Shown: in pieces, positions 47,212-59,470 of the stretch
How the letters are laid out: each line of letters begins with the position of its first letter
Numbering within the stretch: the first letter of the stretch is position 1
Source of the DNA: Basidiobolus meristosporus CBS 931.73
Lineage: Eukaryota; Fungi; Basidiobolomycota
Length of the DNA: 64,000 nucleotides
Assembly (NCBI GenBank): GCA_002104905.1
Contig: MCFE01000003.1
Location: forward strand, 1 to 64,000
Direction of reading: 5' to 3'
Notes under the pieces: generated by a model
The model's database searches: none
The model's input: the letters and a program-made list of their open reading frames with translations, nothing else
Told to the model about the DNA's origin: nothing
Translations under genes and position numbers: made by a program

Positions 47212-49000
47212 TTATTTGTTGGCGGCCCCCAGGAGAACGGAATGCTGTCCACCAGCACCAATGGCGAGTATACGAACATCGGCGATCTTCTGGCCTTCGA
47301 CCTTAATAGGAGTCTCTACATCCTCCTCGACACCATTGCCAAGCGCCAAACTCTCTCCGAAACCCCAACTGTAAACGTTGCCATCGGTGGTCAATGCGAG
47401 GTTGTGATTAGAGCCACAAGCAATGAACTTGATCGCTGGTAGATCAGGGATCTTGGTGGGAGTTCCAACTGCCTTTTTATGGCTAGCCTCGTTCCCATCT
47501 TCATCTTGCGCGGCAAGGTTGGCTGGAAGGCCTAGCTGGCTAGAGTCGGAGCGGCCAAAGCCATACACTTCACCGGCTTCTGTAAGGGCGAGGGAGTGGT
47601 GCTCACCACCAATGATTTGTTTGATTTTAATATCTTCGAAGGCTTCGATAAGTGTAGGCGCGGGAACGATCTCTTCATTGCCGCCGTCCTCGGGCTCCAA
47701 ACCACATTGGTGGAAGTTGTTCAATCCCCAGGCATATACACGTCCGTCTTGATCGATAGCAAAGCTGTGATAGGATCCGGTGCCAATTTTGACGATGTTC
47801 TTTAATCCAAGCTTTTCGGGTCTTAGTCCGTTGATCTTTCTTCTTTCAATGATACGGCGACCAAGTTGGTTTTGTTGTCCGTTGCCCCAGCCGTAGACAT
47901 CACCAGTGGAGGTCAAAGCCAGTACATGGTCAACACCAGCAGACACATCTACAACCTTGACCTTGGCCTTGACCAATGGCTCAAGGAGAGTAAGGGTAGC
48001 CTGAACCTCCTGTCCCTTGGCGAAGCCAAGAATTCCTTCAGCAGACTATGTATTACAACAATAAGTACCGCGGAGATATACAAATGTATCTAAACAATTG
48101 CTTACGCGATAAGTTCCGCATGTATACACATGCCCTTCATCAGACAAAGCAACAGTGACTGAATCACCGCAGGCAACCTTCACTATTTTAACATCTTCCA
48201 AGCCCTCCACTGGGGCAGGCTCGTATTCGTCGCCAGCACGACCAAGTGCCTTTTGGTCATTACATCCCCAGGAGTAAAGCTATCGAGAAGGAATGAGTAA
48301 CTGGGTGGAGGAAAACAGCAAGAAACTTGAGTACCTTCCCGTCTTTGGATAAAGCAAGGTTGTGGAGACCACCAACAAAAATATCTACAATGTTCTCATC
48401 GACCAAGTCTTGGATTGGCATAGGTTTTTTACGCTCCACCATATCTTCGCCAAGACCGAGTTGAGCACAATCACCAGTACCGAAAACAAACACGGTTCCG
48501 ACTTCATCGGATCTAGCAGGGATGTCGTTAATGTCGGCTATCTTTCTACGCTTGGTGGTGGTAGTGGTGGGTTTGGAAACCTTAGCGGTTGTAGTTTTAG
48601 CGACGGGGGATTTCTCACGCTTGGTGGGTGTAGTTGATTTTGTGGTGGTATTTCCGCGTTTTGCGGAGGTTTCCTTAGCAGGGGCGCTGACGGCAGGCTT
48701 GCCCTTGGGTTTGGCTGTACTCTTGGCTTTTTCTACAACAGCCTCAGCCTTAGCCTCAACCTTAGGAGAGGCCTCCGCTTTTGCCACATTTTTGGCGGCG
48801 GCAGTTGCAGTTTTGGTATTTTTACCACCCTTCTTGGCAACACCACCTCCATTGGTGGCAGGTGCAGCTTTCTTTGCCTCGGCGGCTTTGGTTTGTGCAG
48901 CTTTAGATGTTTCTACAAATCAATACGAAAAATATATATCAATGCCTAGCTCAAAAGAGACAGGCTGTTACCAAAAGGACTTACTTCTTGAACGAGCCAT
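47212..49000 (-). CDS. RCC1: RCC1 / Ran GEF (Prp20/Srm1/Pim1) with long Lys/Ala/Thr-rich N-terminal tail, multi-exon
   Basis: MARSR exon 1; KRRK NLS; VFVFGTGDCAQLGLG, VGGLHNLAL, CGDSVTVAL, AGVDHVLAL, WGLNNFHQCG, GRSDSSQLG, GAGGQHS. Confidence 0.93.
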
Positions 49001-49666
49001 CGCAAACGAAGGTACAAAAGAGTAGTATCGAGCAGAACTGCAAGTAATATTGATTTCCACGAAAACTCGAAGTTGTATACGCCGCGTGATTATCCAGGTC
49101 GTGTGGATTCGATTCCATGGAAAAAAAGAAAAAAAGCGCCAATTAACGAGAATTCCTAATTAAATTTCAACGAAATGAGCGGCTTCTCCATTACGAGAGG
49201 GAATGTGAACCCCCAATGTCCAGGATAATTACCAGAATGCTTACCGGTGAACGTGATCAGAGGTCAACATTTCACTTGGAATTTAAACCAAATTAAATAT
49301 GCGATATTGCTTTTATTGTGTGGGTATCCACGCTCATTTCGAAAATGGATACTCGCGTCTCATCACTGAGAGTACTATGTTTGGACATTTCTTGTTGATC
49401 GCGTACTATCAACTTGTGCAATAGGAATGATGTGTGGATGCCAATATCAAAACTGGAGTCACCATAGGAAAAAAGAGTTGAAGTTTATGATTTATGATCC
49501 CAGCAGTATAGATTACATACGAGTCTGTTACCAGAAAGCGGTCTATATGTTCACATCGATCAGTGAGATGATACGTATAGATATGGGGTCAATGACCATT
49601 TAAATAGAGAATTGGGACACAGCCCAAGCATTAGTTGATTATTATTCTATACCGGACACCAGGCGT

Positions 49667-49996
49667 TTACTTTTTCATAGGTTTGAATGTTTTCTTGCCG
49701 TACAGGATATCGACATAATCCCTCTTGGGGGCAGTCGCCTTCTTTGCGGGCTGTGAGGTCGATTTGTTCAGCTCGTTGATCTGGCTCATCTCGATATCGT
49801 CGTCAAAAGGCTTCTGTTGTTTGATGGTTTTGGCGATCTTGCCGGCTGTGGCGTTCTTTTGCACCTTCTTGCTCACGCCGCCACTCTTCTGGGGTGTGTC
49901 GGACTTACTACGGCGAGGTTCGGAATCTTTGGTGATCTTAAGCACCTCCTTCTCCTTGCGGTTGGGACGTTTAAAGAATTTCGCGGATTTGCCCAT
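49667..49996 (-). CDS. Small highly basic hypothetical protein (109 aa), divergent from RPL26
   Basis: MGKSAKFFKRPNRKEKE...KRDYVDILYGKKTFKPMKK; Lys-rich with conserved-looking termini; codon usage similar to neighbouring genes. Confidence 0.7.
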   Translation of the reverse strand: MGKSAKFFKRPNRKEKEVLKITKDSEPRRSKSDTPQKSGGVSKKVQKNATAGKIAKTIKQQKPFDDDIEMSQINELNKSTSQPAKKATAPKRDYVDILYGKKTFKPMKK

Positions 49997-50255
49997 GTTG
50001 TAAACTGGCTGGACTTCGAAAAGTGGTCTCGCAACTCGGGGAGGTTTTGTTGTCCATTTAGAGAGCAAAAAAAATCCATGTATCGCCCGCTACTAGCGGC
50101 AATTTTGCTTTTTTTTCGAAATGTGCGATGATGGGTGGATTTCCGCTAAATCGCTGAATCGGGGGGGGGACCACGTGATTCTCGAGGTCAACATATATCC
50201 ATAACTGTTGAATAGTAACGTCTTCTCTCTCACGTATACTACATTTGGGGTCAAA

Positions 50256-50819
50256 ATGAAGTTTAGCCAAGGTACAACATACATATCTATATCAACATCA
50301 GTATTCATCCATCCAGCCACGAGCTATGCTCTTCGACCAGCACAAAGATAGCTTCTTCGCTACGTTAGCTTAGCCCAACCTTTTCCAAATACGTTTGTAC
50401 AGGCCAATATTAAACTATTCTTCTGAATGTTCTTAGACGTCAGTTCATCCCGTCGCAAGAGTCGTAAGGCTCACTTCGCCGCCCCTTCCAGCCTTCGCAG
50501 AAAGATCATGAGCGCCGCTCTTTCAAAGGAATTGAGAGAAAAGTACCATGCTCGTTCCATCCCTGTCCGCAAGGATGACGAAGTTCAAGTTGTTCGTGGT
50601 ACTTACAAGGGCCGTGAAGGCAAGATCGTACAAGTCTACCGTAAGAAGTGGGTCATCCAAATCGAGCGTTTGACTCGCGAGAAGGTCAACGGCGCCACCA
50701 CTGCCATTGGTGTTCACCCTTCCAAGGTTGTTGTCACCAGCTTGAAGCTTGACAAAGATCGCAAGGCTCTCCTCGAACGTAAGGACCGTTCCAAGGCCTC
50801 CGATGCCATGGAGCAATAA
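50256..50819 (+). CDS. RPL26: 60S ribosomal protein L26 (uL24), intron 50272-50436
   Basis: [39 protein letters not shown]...[13 protein letters not shown]...[16 protein letters not shown]. Confidence 0.97.
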
Positions 50820-50997
50820 TCAACATCAGTTTTCGAGATTTGGCAAAAATAAAATTCGCAAGTAATCCCAAAAAAATAAATACTGTGTAATGGAGCTACC
50901 GTGTTCTGGTTCAGTGGGGATGACAAGGTGTTTATTGACAATTGTGATATGATGGACTAGTATGGTAGTGAGTGATGTGTGCGTCCATAGTGGGCGG

Positions 50998-52562
50998 TTA
51001 ATTTGCTTTCTTGGTGAAATGCATAGGTTTGGTTGAAGCGGGATGTGGCGCAACCTTGACGCGAACAAACGAGAAGTATGTCATCATGACTAACACTGCT
51101 GCATGTACAATATAGTAATTGGCCGACCAGATGATATGGCTTTCTTTGAAGCTCAAAATGAGAAACGACATGGTCATATAGTTGACACCTGTTTGAGTAG
51201 CAAACCAGCCAAGGGCATCATAGAAAATCTTTCCTCGAGTGGGTGTTTTCAAGTCAGACTCCAGAAAACGTGGGCGGAAAACCTTTCGCGCAGAGTTCGC
51301 CACGTTTGTCAAGAAAGCGGCGCTGAGGAACATCAAATAGTACCCTGGGTAAAATCCGTGCCAGAAGGCAGACACTCCGAATGTGAGAAAGGTGGTGACA
51401 AAGGTTGGCTTGGTGTTCGGTGGAGTGACGCGAAGGTACACATAGTTTTTCAGCCACTTGTTTACACCCGTGTTCCACGATTCAACAAGCATTTTAGGAC
51501 TTTGAGCAGTTTCGTAACCGACAATGTTGACGTTAGACACCCGGTTCCATTGTGCCTCACCATTCGCATATCCGTTAAATCCTAAACCAGAAATATCGCA
51601 TGCACCCTCAGCCATCAGCCATACTGAGTAATACTTGAACCGGTTCATCAACGCAACAACATTGATGTAGAAAAAGCGATAAAAGATTGATCTGTTTCGA
51701 TAAGCTGGACGAAAGGCAGAATTCAATGGGATAGTTGGGGCTGACGAATACTGTGCAGAGTAAGCAGGTTATGCCAGAGACGAGACATCTTAATCCAGAG
51801 GGAAGCCCATTGGGAATAACCAGCTTCCCAGTTTTTTCATCTTTGAACACCTCAAGGCTAGTAAATTGTTGGTAGTCGGCGAATTCAATTGGAGGTCCCA
51901 CCATAAAGCTACCGAAGAAAAAGATGTATCCCAAGTACTCTAAAAGGGAGGGGAATTGCCGGATCACTTTGGATTTTTGATACGTGGAGAGTTGCTGGGG
52001 TGTGAAAAGACGATTAGCTATGCGCACGAACCAAGCGATGTCTACTACATACCTTCTCCGATCTGGAGCCATCGTAGACACACCATGCAAAGGAGGTTAT
52101 TTTAATGGTCATAATCATTTGTGGGCCAGAGTGATCCATGGTAAAGCCTCCATAGTCGTAGATTTGGCGGTAAATGTGCCTGTCAAAGAAAGAAACTCAG
52201 GGACTGAAGCTTTGGGTAATTCGATTTCTCCTCACTTACGTATACGACATATGCGCCATGGCAAACACAAACACCAACTTTGGCGCCAAAGAGCCCTTGA
52301 CAAACAGGGTGATGAAGTACGGAACCAGAGAGCCAAGTAATATATGCAATACTCCATAATGTTGGTTGCTAATCACCACAAATAGAAACAAAGTGGACAA
52401 TATAGAGTAGATGTGCTTAATGGTTGGGTTATTCGGAAGCTTTCGAAACATCAAGGCAAGTGGGTACGTGAACAACACGGAGAATACGCATTGTAACTGG
52501 TCGGTAGGAACACCGCCAAGCACCTGAGAAAGCTGCTCGAAAGCCAAGTCGAAAAAAAACAT
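50998..52562 (-). CDS. ALE1: MBOAT lysophospholipid acyltransferase, multi-exon
   Basis: HSGPQMIMTIKITSFAW, PSLLEYLGYIFFFGSFMVGP, RFKYYSVWLMAEGAC, WNTGVNKWLKNYVYLR, SAFWHGFYPGYY (catalytic His). Confidence 0.95.
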
Positions 52563-53015
52563 CTACAGGAAAAGTTCACCAAGAGACACCCTTGGCCTTC
52601 GTTCTCTATTTATTTGGCTCCATCATCGAAAAAGCCACTATCTACATGAAAAGCCATGATCTTTGTGATACGGAGGCCACAATATCCCAATTGATTACCA
52701 CTCACCTGCCACAATCCCCTCCAGTGATTGGCGGGTGGGCTCATGCGACCGACATAGTGTATTCTGATTTGCTGATCTAAGAGTAGATGAGCGAATGAAT
52801 ATGGAGAAGAGTCTCCGAGGTTAGGTCATCGAGATTGGTATGGGGATGCCGTTCCGGACATTGTTCCGCATTCTTCTCCGATGAGCTATGTGAGACAGGA
52901 ATGAATATAATTGTGAGCATACTTAGGAAGCATACTGGTTGTTAGTATATGAAGCGGTGATAGCCTGTTTGTACAACGTGGTCAATGTGGATATTAATGA
53001 TTGGATATTGCTTGC

Positions 53016-53061
53016 TAGCCTTTCCTCTTTTCCTTAGAATAGCCTTTCCTCTTTTCCTTAG
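53016..53061 (+). repeat. 22-bp direct repeat x2 (tagcctttcctcttttccttag)
   Basis: Perfect copies at 53016-53037 and 53040-53061. Confidence 0.9.
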
Positions 53062-53166
53062 CTTTCTTTATTTGGTAAGTAACCCCCATCAGGAGAATCA
53101 TTTCTTCCTGTTTGCAAACGGATGCGAATATGCACATGCAGCATAGTAGATCAGCAAGTGCTATCG

Positions 53167-53910
53167 CTATCGATCCCTTGCATCTAGAGATGCGTCCATT
53201 AACAGTGCGTTCGCTCTTTCGCGCATCTCGACGGTGTCATTCATATGAGGAAAAGGTTCGTTTGGGATGGGTTTACCTAGAAACGAGCATATTGGGGCCC
53301 AGCCCTCAGTAACTTGAAATATCAGCAATCTCTCTGCAGGGATGATTCGCTTGACTTCCTCGATGTGGTGCTTGTAGAGCGAAATCACCCAATCCTTATC
53401 TTCAAACTTGTCTTGGAAGCAACCAGTTGGTCCCCATATGATGGCAGATGACACGTCTGCAATCAATCGATTGGGATCACCAGCCTCCTTTACGCTAGCT
53501 AGGGCAGCGTAGGCTTTGTACAACGGATAAACCGTGGAGTAAGAGCTCTGGTACCATTTTTCCGGATCGCGAATATTCAGAATAACCTTCGCATCCGGGT
53601 ATTTCTGAGCGAGCTCTTTATACCACCAGAAGGATGGGAAATCAACTGAGGCGCTGTAGCCTTCAAATAACTCGTCCCAGTTGGGGTTCCCTGGTGCAAT
53701 GCTGAGTCATTGACGTTCCCCATGCTATGAAATATGCCACCTACCCGCAGCCACATCAAGCCAGAGGGGGCCTTGAGTTTCAATGTTGTCTATCACCTCG
53801 AACATATGGTGCGTGTTGTAGCCCAACTTGTCTAGGGCCGTTTTGGTAGACATGGTGCCTGTACGGCAGAAGCCCGCACCAATAACCTGGAGTCTACTTG
53901 ACTTCGACAT
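53167..53910 (-). CDS. Sulfotransferase-like P-loop protein (Sulfotransfer_4 type), 1 intron
   Basis: LQVIGAGFCRTGTMSTKTALDKLGYNTHHM, ASVDFP, YPDAKVILNIRDPEKWYQS, YKHHIEEVKRIIPAERLL, EGWAPICSFLGKPIPNEPFPHMN. Confidence 0.9.
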
Positions 53911-54379
53911 GGAATATGATTCAGAGAAAGAAGATAATATCTCAAATCTGGTCAAATTTTATAAATGTTTATCGAGGGATGTTTCAGCATACCCGCCAAG
54001 TTTTGACACGATCTGTTCCATGCAAGTAGTTTGAAACGGATGCTGCTCCCATAACCTTGATAAGATCTTCTTGAGGTATCATTATGCATTGGCTGGTTTG
54101 GAGTTGGGTGTTTGATACCCAGAATGTTGATCTAGACACCTTAAACTGCTTTTATTCAAGAACAATGGGAATCTGTGTAGCGTTACGCTTCCGAATTATT
54201 TACCTACCTCCTTCCATATCAGTCAAAATGCCGGTGTGATGTAAAGAAACGACACCCAGCGAAACCGTTCCAAAGATATATTAAGTGAATGTTTTTGACA
54301 AGTCTGTGCAAGAATTTTGGATACAACGGGAGTCTTGGTGCTCAAGGTGAATGGGTGTGTGGAATGGACTGGCTCATGC

Positions 54380-55342
54380 TTAGGCAAGGCGGTTTTTGCG
54401 CTCAACATACCACCCGTATAAATCCCAGAATATTGAGACGATCGTTACCGCAAACACCAAAAACGCAAAAAATATACTAGTGTTGAAGAAGTCACACCAG
54501 CCTCCCAGGGTGCCAATCGGGCAATGGTTCTTGATCAGGAGGAAAACCACATCAAATCCCCAGCAGATGGCAAGGGCCAGATCGATACACACAAGCCATT
54601 TGCGCGGGATTTTGGCTCCGCTTCTTACTCTCCGGTTCAGCGTGTTCAGAAGGAAAAAGAGATAAGCGACGATGGAGACTGCAGACCAGATGTACAGGAA
54701 GATGATTGGCGATTTGTCGGAAAATGGATTGGGACGGCCCGAATACTAATAAAAATAGGTTAACAAAAGAAGGAAGCAGCAGTCCTCATAAAGCTACTCA
54801 CCGGTCCAGCGCCCACGCTAAAACCGAAAGCACCAATACTGCCGAGTAATCCAACAAAACGTAACAACGTTCTCCACTTGTTTGGGCCCACGTTAGCATG
54901 AAGGGGGCCTAAAGGAACTGGATTATTGGAAGTAGGGGAAGTTATAGTAGGTCCACCAGATGTCAGAGTAGAGGTATTGGTAGGGCCGGCGGAAGTGGAT
55001 TTGGATGGTGAGTGCTTGAGGTTACTTGTCTCTTTGTAGTCGTACGCGTTCGTTCCACCATAAGGATTCTGTGATGTAAGATTGATAATCTTGAGTAGGT
55101 GTGGGGGCATGATAAGGGTCGAAAGTAGGGCTTTGGGCATATGGATTGGGAACGTTGGTGCTGTATGGGTTGGAATACGTATTTGTGCTCGAGTACGCAT
55201 TCACCGCTCCAGTATGCTCTTGGTTTGATGACCAAGGATTCACAGCATTTTCATAATTCTGTGGCGGGTAAGCAGAATCGGCGACTGGACTCTGGGGGTA
55301 TGCTGAGGGGTAGGGATCTTTGTCGAACGGATTTCCTGACAT
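54380..55342 (-). CDS. MARVEL-like 4-TM membrane protein with long P/Y/N/S-rich N-terminus; apparent 1-nt frameshift near 55075
   Basis: NPY-rich N-terminus; KWRTLLRFVGLLGSIGAF; spliced VISSLSLFLSF...CIDLALAICWGFDVVFLL...CPIGTLGGWCDFFNTSIFFAFL. The frame shifts at TCT TAC A TCA CAG with no intron available. Confidence 0.75.
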
Positions 55343-55772
55343 GAATTAGAGCTTTGTTAAAGCGAGCGATTTTTTACTACTGTTACTTGGTATAGTATTA
55401 AGAAGGGTATGAATGATTTGACAAGTCGAGGTGATTTCAATCGAAAAAAAAGGTACCGAGTAACACATGAACAGAGGTAAAAGCTCCGCGATTTCCTTAT
55501 TAAATACCTGTGGAGATTATGTTACTGCATCATCAACAACATGCAAAGTGTTAGTTCCACTTCCGAGCGTGTCATGTGACACGACGGCCATCATGAGTAC
55601 TAGAAGTAGAGTGAATGTAGGCAACTGCATTCCATGAATTGACTGGATTTCAGTAGGAAATTTATTTGCCAGCAATCCAACAAATGTTTGGAAAATTTTT
55701 AACTTCCGGCATATATTTCTTGGACGGCTTCCGCTGGTGGAATATTGCCTTTTCTGCGCATTGCTACATAAA

Positions 55773-57408
55773 ATGTCGGGACAAAAAAGCGAAATACCCT
55801 TCGACTATATGATAGTCATGGATTTGGAGGCCACTTGTGACGAGAATCCTGAGGAGCCTTCGAAAATAGAGTTCACAAAGGTAACGTCTTACGCCCTCTG
55901 TTGTTCCCGCAAGCGTGCTAGACAATAACCACACCCACAGGACAAGTCAGAAATCATCGAGTTTTCCTGGGTTGCATACGACGCGAAAACCATGGAGGTG
56001 TTGAAGAAGCAGCAAAGCTACTGCAAGCCTGAAAATACTCCGATAACTCCATACTGTATCGAACTGACCAAAATCACACCGGAAATGGTCGAGAATGCGG
56101 GCACTCTTCAGGATGCAGTGGATACTCTGGATGAGTACATACAGAAGAATATCCTCGACCATGGAAAATCTTTTTGCTTTGTGACCCATGGGCCCTGGGA
56201 CCTCAAGATTCAGTTCCCTAGAGAGGCCAAAAACAAACAGCTCAGAATCCCCTCCTACCTGCGCAATTGCACCCTGTTCGATCTGAAGGTGGAGTTTTTC
56301 AAGTGGTTGGCACATCATCCGGAGTACAGACCACCCAACTCCATGCTTATCACAATGTGTAATACCTTGAAGAGTCAGCTAGTTGAGCCACAGCACTCAG
56401 GAATTAATGACTGCCTGACAATCGGCAACATTATCCAGTCGATGATTAAACACGAGCATTCGGACGTCTTTCGACATGCCACCGATTTGGCAAAGATTCG
56501 TGCGGAGTTCATGAGTACTCAGTCGAACTACGTGTTTTTTGGCGGGCTTCCGATAAAGACAACCCACCCAGAGATCAGCGCTTGGCTAAAGGAGAACGAT
56601 ATCGACTTCCACGATCTCTGGATGTGCCGAAGCTTGTATCGTAGACCCAATGGCACTGGTTTTGCCATCCTCAAGAGTCACCAAAGTGCGCAGAAATTCC
56701 TCGACTTGAATGGAAGCGTATTTCGCAATCGAGCAGTCGAGGTTATCCCGAGTACCAAGCATATCTTCAAAGATCACGAAAGGAGCCTCTCTTCCTGGCC
56801 AGGCCCCTACGGCATTTTGATGAATGACTTTGCTGACGAGAAGTCTCGCGTCGTGCATCTCGGCGAAGTTCCATACAAAGTTACAAAGTCCGACTTGCAC
56901 CTTTGGTTTGCTTCCAACAATGTCCACCCCAGAGAAACCTGGTTGGTTGTTGATGGAAGCAATCGGTCAAGCGGGTTTGCCTTTGCTGTTTTCAATACCC
57001 ACGAGGAGGCTCTAGGATGTTTAGGAATGTTGAACAAATCGCTGAATGGTCGTACGGTGAAACTATACCCAAGTAATCAACGCATGCTTAAACTGACCAC
57101 GCCTTTCAGAAAGCCCTTCCCAGTAAGTTCATCTTGCGTTGTTCTGTTTGTCAATTCACCAATCTAACCGAAGTTCCACTTAGACTACATCCAGTCCTCA
57201 ACGTGCTCGACCTACTCCACGTGCTACCACTTCTTTCGCCAGTCAGGCTTCTTCCCGTCGCTTCCACACCTTCAATTCTCATGTCCCTTGTAATACTATC
57301 AGCTTAAGACCAATATTTGCCCCACGTTTGGTGGCTTCCAAGCATATCCCAATTGCATTTAGACCCGCGCCCATCATGCATGCGCTCCGATGCTTGTTTA
57401 GAAAGTAA
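55773..57408 (+). CDS. ERI1-like DEDDh 3'-5' exonuclease fused to two RRMs (Nrp1/ESRP-like architecture); C-terminal exon uncertain
   Basis: IVMDLEATCD...SEIIEF, VTHGPWDL, QHSGINDC; RRM1 VFFGGLP...GFAIL; RRM2 VHLGEVPY...GFAFAVFNTHEEAL...LYPSNQRML...PFP. Confidence 0.85.
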
Positions 57409-57581
57409 GCCGGAGCCACACTGTCCACGATATCTAGACATAATAAACCAGCTGGTATTTATACCAGTCTATGACGAAAGAAACAATTTACTGATATGTA
57501 AGCTCTGTACAAAAGATACATTAAAGGTCGAGGGAAGGAATTGCTTGGTGGGGGTGGAGAATTCCTTCGCTTGTTTGTAGG

Positions 57582-57848
57582 TCACACCTCACGGTGGTTC
57601 GTGTAGGCACCAGGAGCCGAATCAAAGTTCGTGGGGTATGCCATTCTGGGCTCCATCTCCACGTCGTCGAGGCTTACTGGTTGCCATTGGTCATCCTGCG
57701 AGGTCGGGATACATCTTTGAAAGCCGAATTCGCGAAGCACCTGTCTACCTATACAAGTACCACAACAAACACACCAGACGAACCCGGCTAGAAAGATGAA
57801 ACAAAGCAAACTTAAGAGGATGAGGACTCCTTTGGTATCTTCCTCCAT
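57582..57848 (-). CDS. Small single-pass membrane protein with Cys cluster after the TM helix (88 aa)
   Basis: MEEDTKGVLILLSLLCFIFLAGFVWCVCCGTCIGRQVLREFG; no family recognised. Confidence 0.6.
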   Translation of the reverse strand: MEEDTKGVLILLSLLCFIFLAGFVWCVCCGTCIGRQVLREFGFQRCIPTSQDDQWQPVSLDDVEMEPRMAYPTNFDSAPGAYTNHREV

Positions 57849-58082
57849 TTCTATCTGGCGAACCAAGTGACCAACCGACTGTGCTTTATACCATGAAATT
57901 TAAGAGGGGCTTTTGGCTGGCTGATCCTTATATTACCCAAATATATACATGTATCAACATAATTCCATTGGCCACTGGGCCGGCCGCACCAAGAAAAAAA
58001 TTCCCGCCAATTTCAATAGAGTCGTGGGCTTCACATAAACACGAGGTCGAGGTGCAGCAGTTTGTGTGTGGGCTGACTGGCA

Positions 58083-59470
58083 ATGGAACGTGTGTTATCT
58101 GACGAAGAAACGAGAGAACTGGTAACGGGTGAGGCATTTTTCGTGTAAAATGGCTGGCGAGTGGAGAACTAATGGCTGGCACTTTTTTGACAAGTGGACG
58201 TTTATGTCTCCACGGTAGAACCTCAACAGACTGGTGTTGTGTTAAAGTAAGTACCACCACATTTCGGCGGAAGTAGCAAGGGTAGTGAAAGATTTGGATC
58301 AGGGGCCTGGACAGTACATGGTTTTCCCTTCCGTACGTTTAGTATCTGTGAAACCAAGGAGTGTATATCCAGACGACCCCGTTTGAGCTACTTTCTCACC
58401 TGAGTTGAACTTTTCAAGGTTTGTCCAAAAATATTTGCCCCAATTGGAGAAATTGGAGCATGTTAAGCGGATTCGGAAAGATGCTGTTGCAGATGGTATT
58501 GCAGATGGTTGTTGGACAAAGAAGCTTCAGACAGTGTATTGACTCGATTTCCTTGTATCATAACAGGGTTTACATTGACTGTATTACTATGCGCGACTGA
58601 ATCGATTCAAGAAGAGGAATTGAATCAAATTCTAAAGGAGCAAGGCATGACCGAGCTTATCCAACCGAAAATCCAGCAAGTGTCCAAATACCCTCCACTC
58701 ACACGCAAGCAATTCGATAGTTGGAAGTCGGTGTGGCCTCTAAATTACCGAGAGGACGCCAACAGGCAAGTTCGACCTTCCCCCACCATTACTATCAGAT
58801 GCGACCAATCAATAACATGGCCACCCAGAAATCCGAAGATCTCTGCTGACGAGCTTCCCAATATCGAGTCCAACATGAGGTTGGCAATTGAAATGCTGCA
58901 AAAAGGAAAGGCCAAAGATGAGGTAAGCCGTAAAAGTGCTTGCACTCGGAGGTTCATTACTTAGGTCAGATTTACAGCTGCCCGTGGGCGCGGTGATGGT
59001 GAATCCGCGGACTGGGAAGGTTTTGGCTCAATGCTACGACACTCGAGTGAGCAGTGGAAATCCTCTGAATCACGCCACTATGAATGCTATACACAGCGTT
59101 GCTGAGATACTGCGTCAAGCCAAATGTACAGAACCGGAGGTTCCTACGAAACGTAAAGCTGAGGACGACGACCCGGTGCCCTACCTCTGTAGTGAGTATG
59201 ATTTATACGTTACAAGAGAGCCGTGTGTGATGTACGTATCGTTTTTAAGTAGCATCCTGATGGTTCGTTGATCGTAACTCTTTTGAAAGGTGTTCGATGG
59301 CGCTGGTGCATTCGAGAATTGGGCGGGTATTCTACGCCCATGAGAACCCAACTGGTGGTGGTTTAGGGAGTCTGTACAAAATCCATACTCACCATTCATT
59401 GAATCATCATTACACTGTGTATCGTGGATTATTAAAAGATGAGCTAGAACAATCCGCTGAGCAACAGTGA
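58083..59470 (+). CDS. TAD3: tRNA-specific adenosine deaminase subunit Tad3/ADAT3, multi-exon
   Basis: VLSDEETREL/VDVYVSTVEP, PLEKLEHVKRIRK, YPPLTRKQFDSWKSVWP, PLNHATMNAI (pseudo-catalytic site lacking Glu), YLCSEYDLYVTREPCVMC, LNHHYTVY. Confidence 0.93.

Noticed and set aside
24387-49000. Two RCC1-repeat genes as a local duplication
   Set aside because: They belong to different ancient subfamilies (ATS1-like and Ran GEF) with no nucleotide similarity.
46320-50436. Intronic or intergenic box C/D snoRNAs near RPS15 and RPL26 (GTGATGA at ~47074)
   Set aside because: No properly spaced CTGA D box with terminal stem was found.
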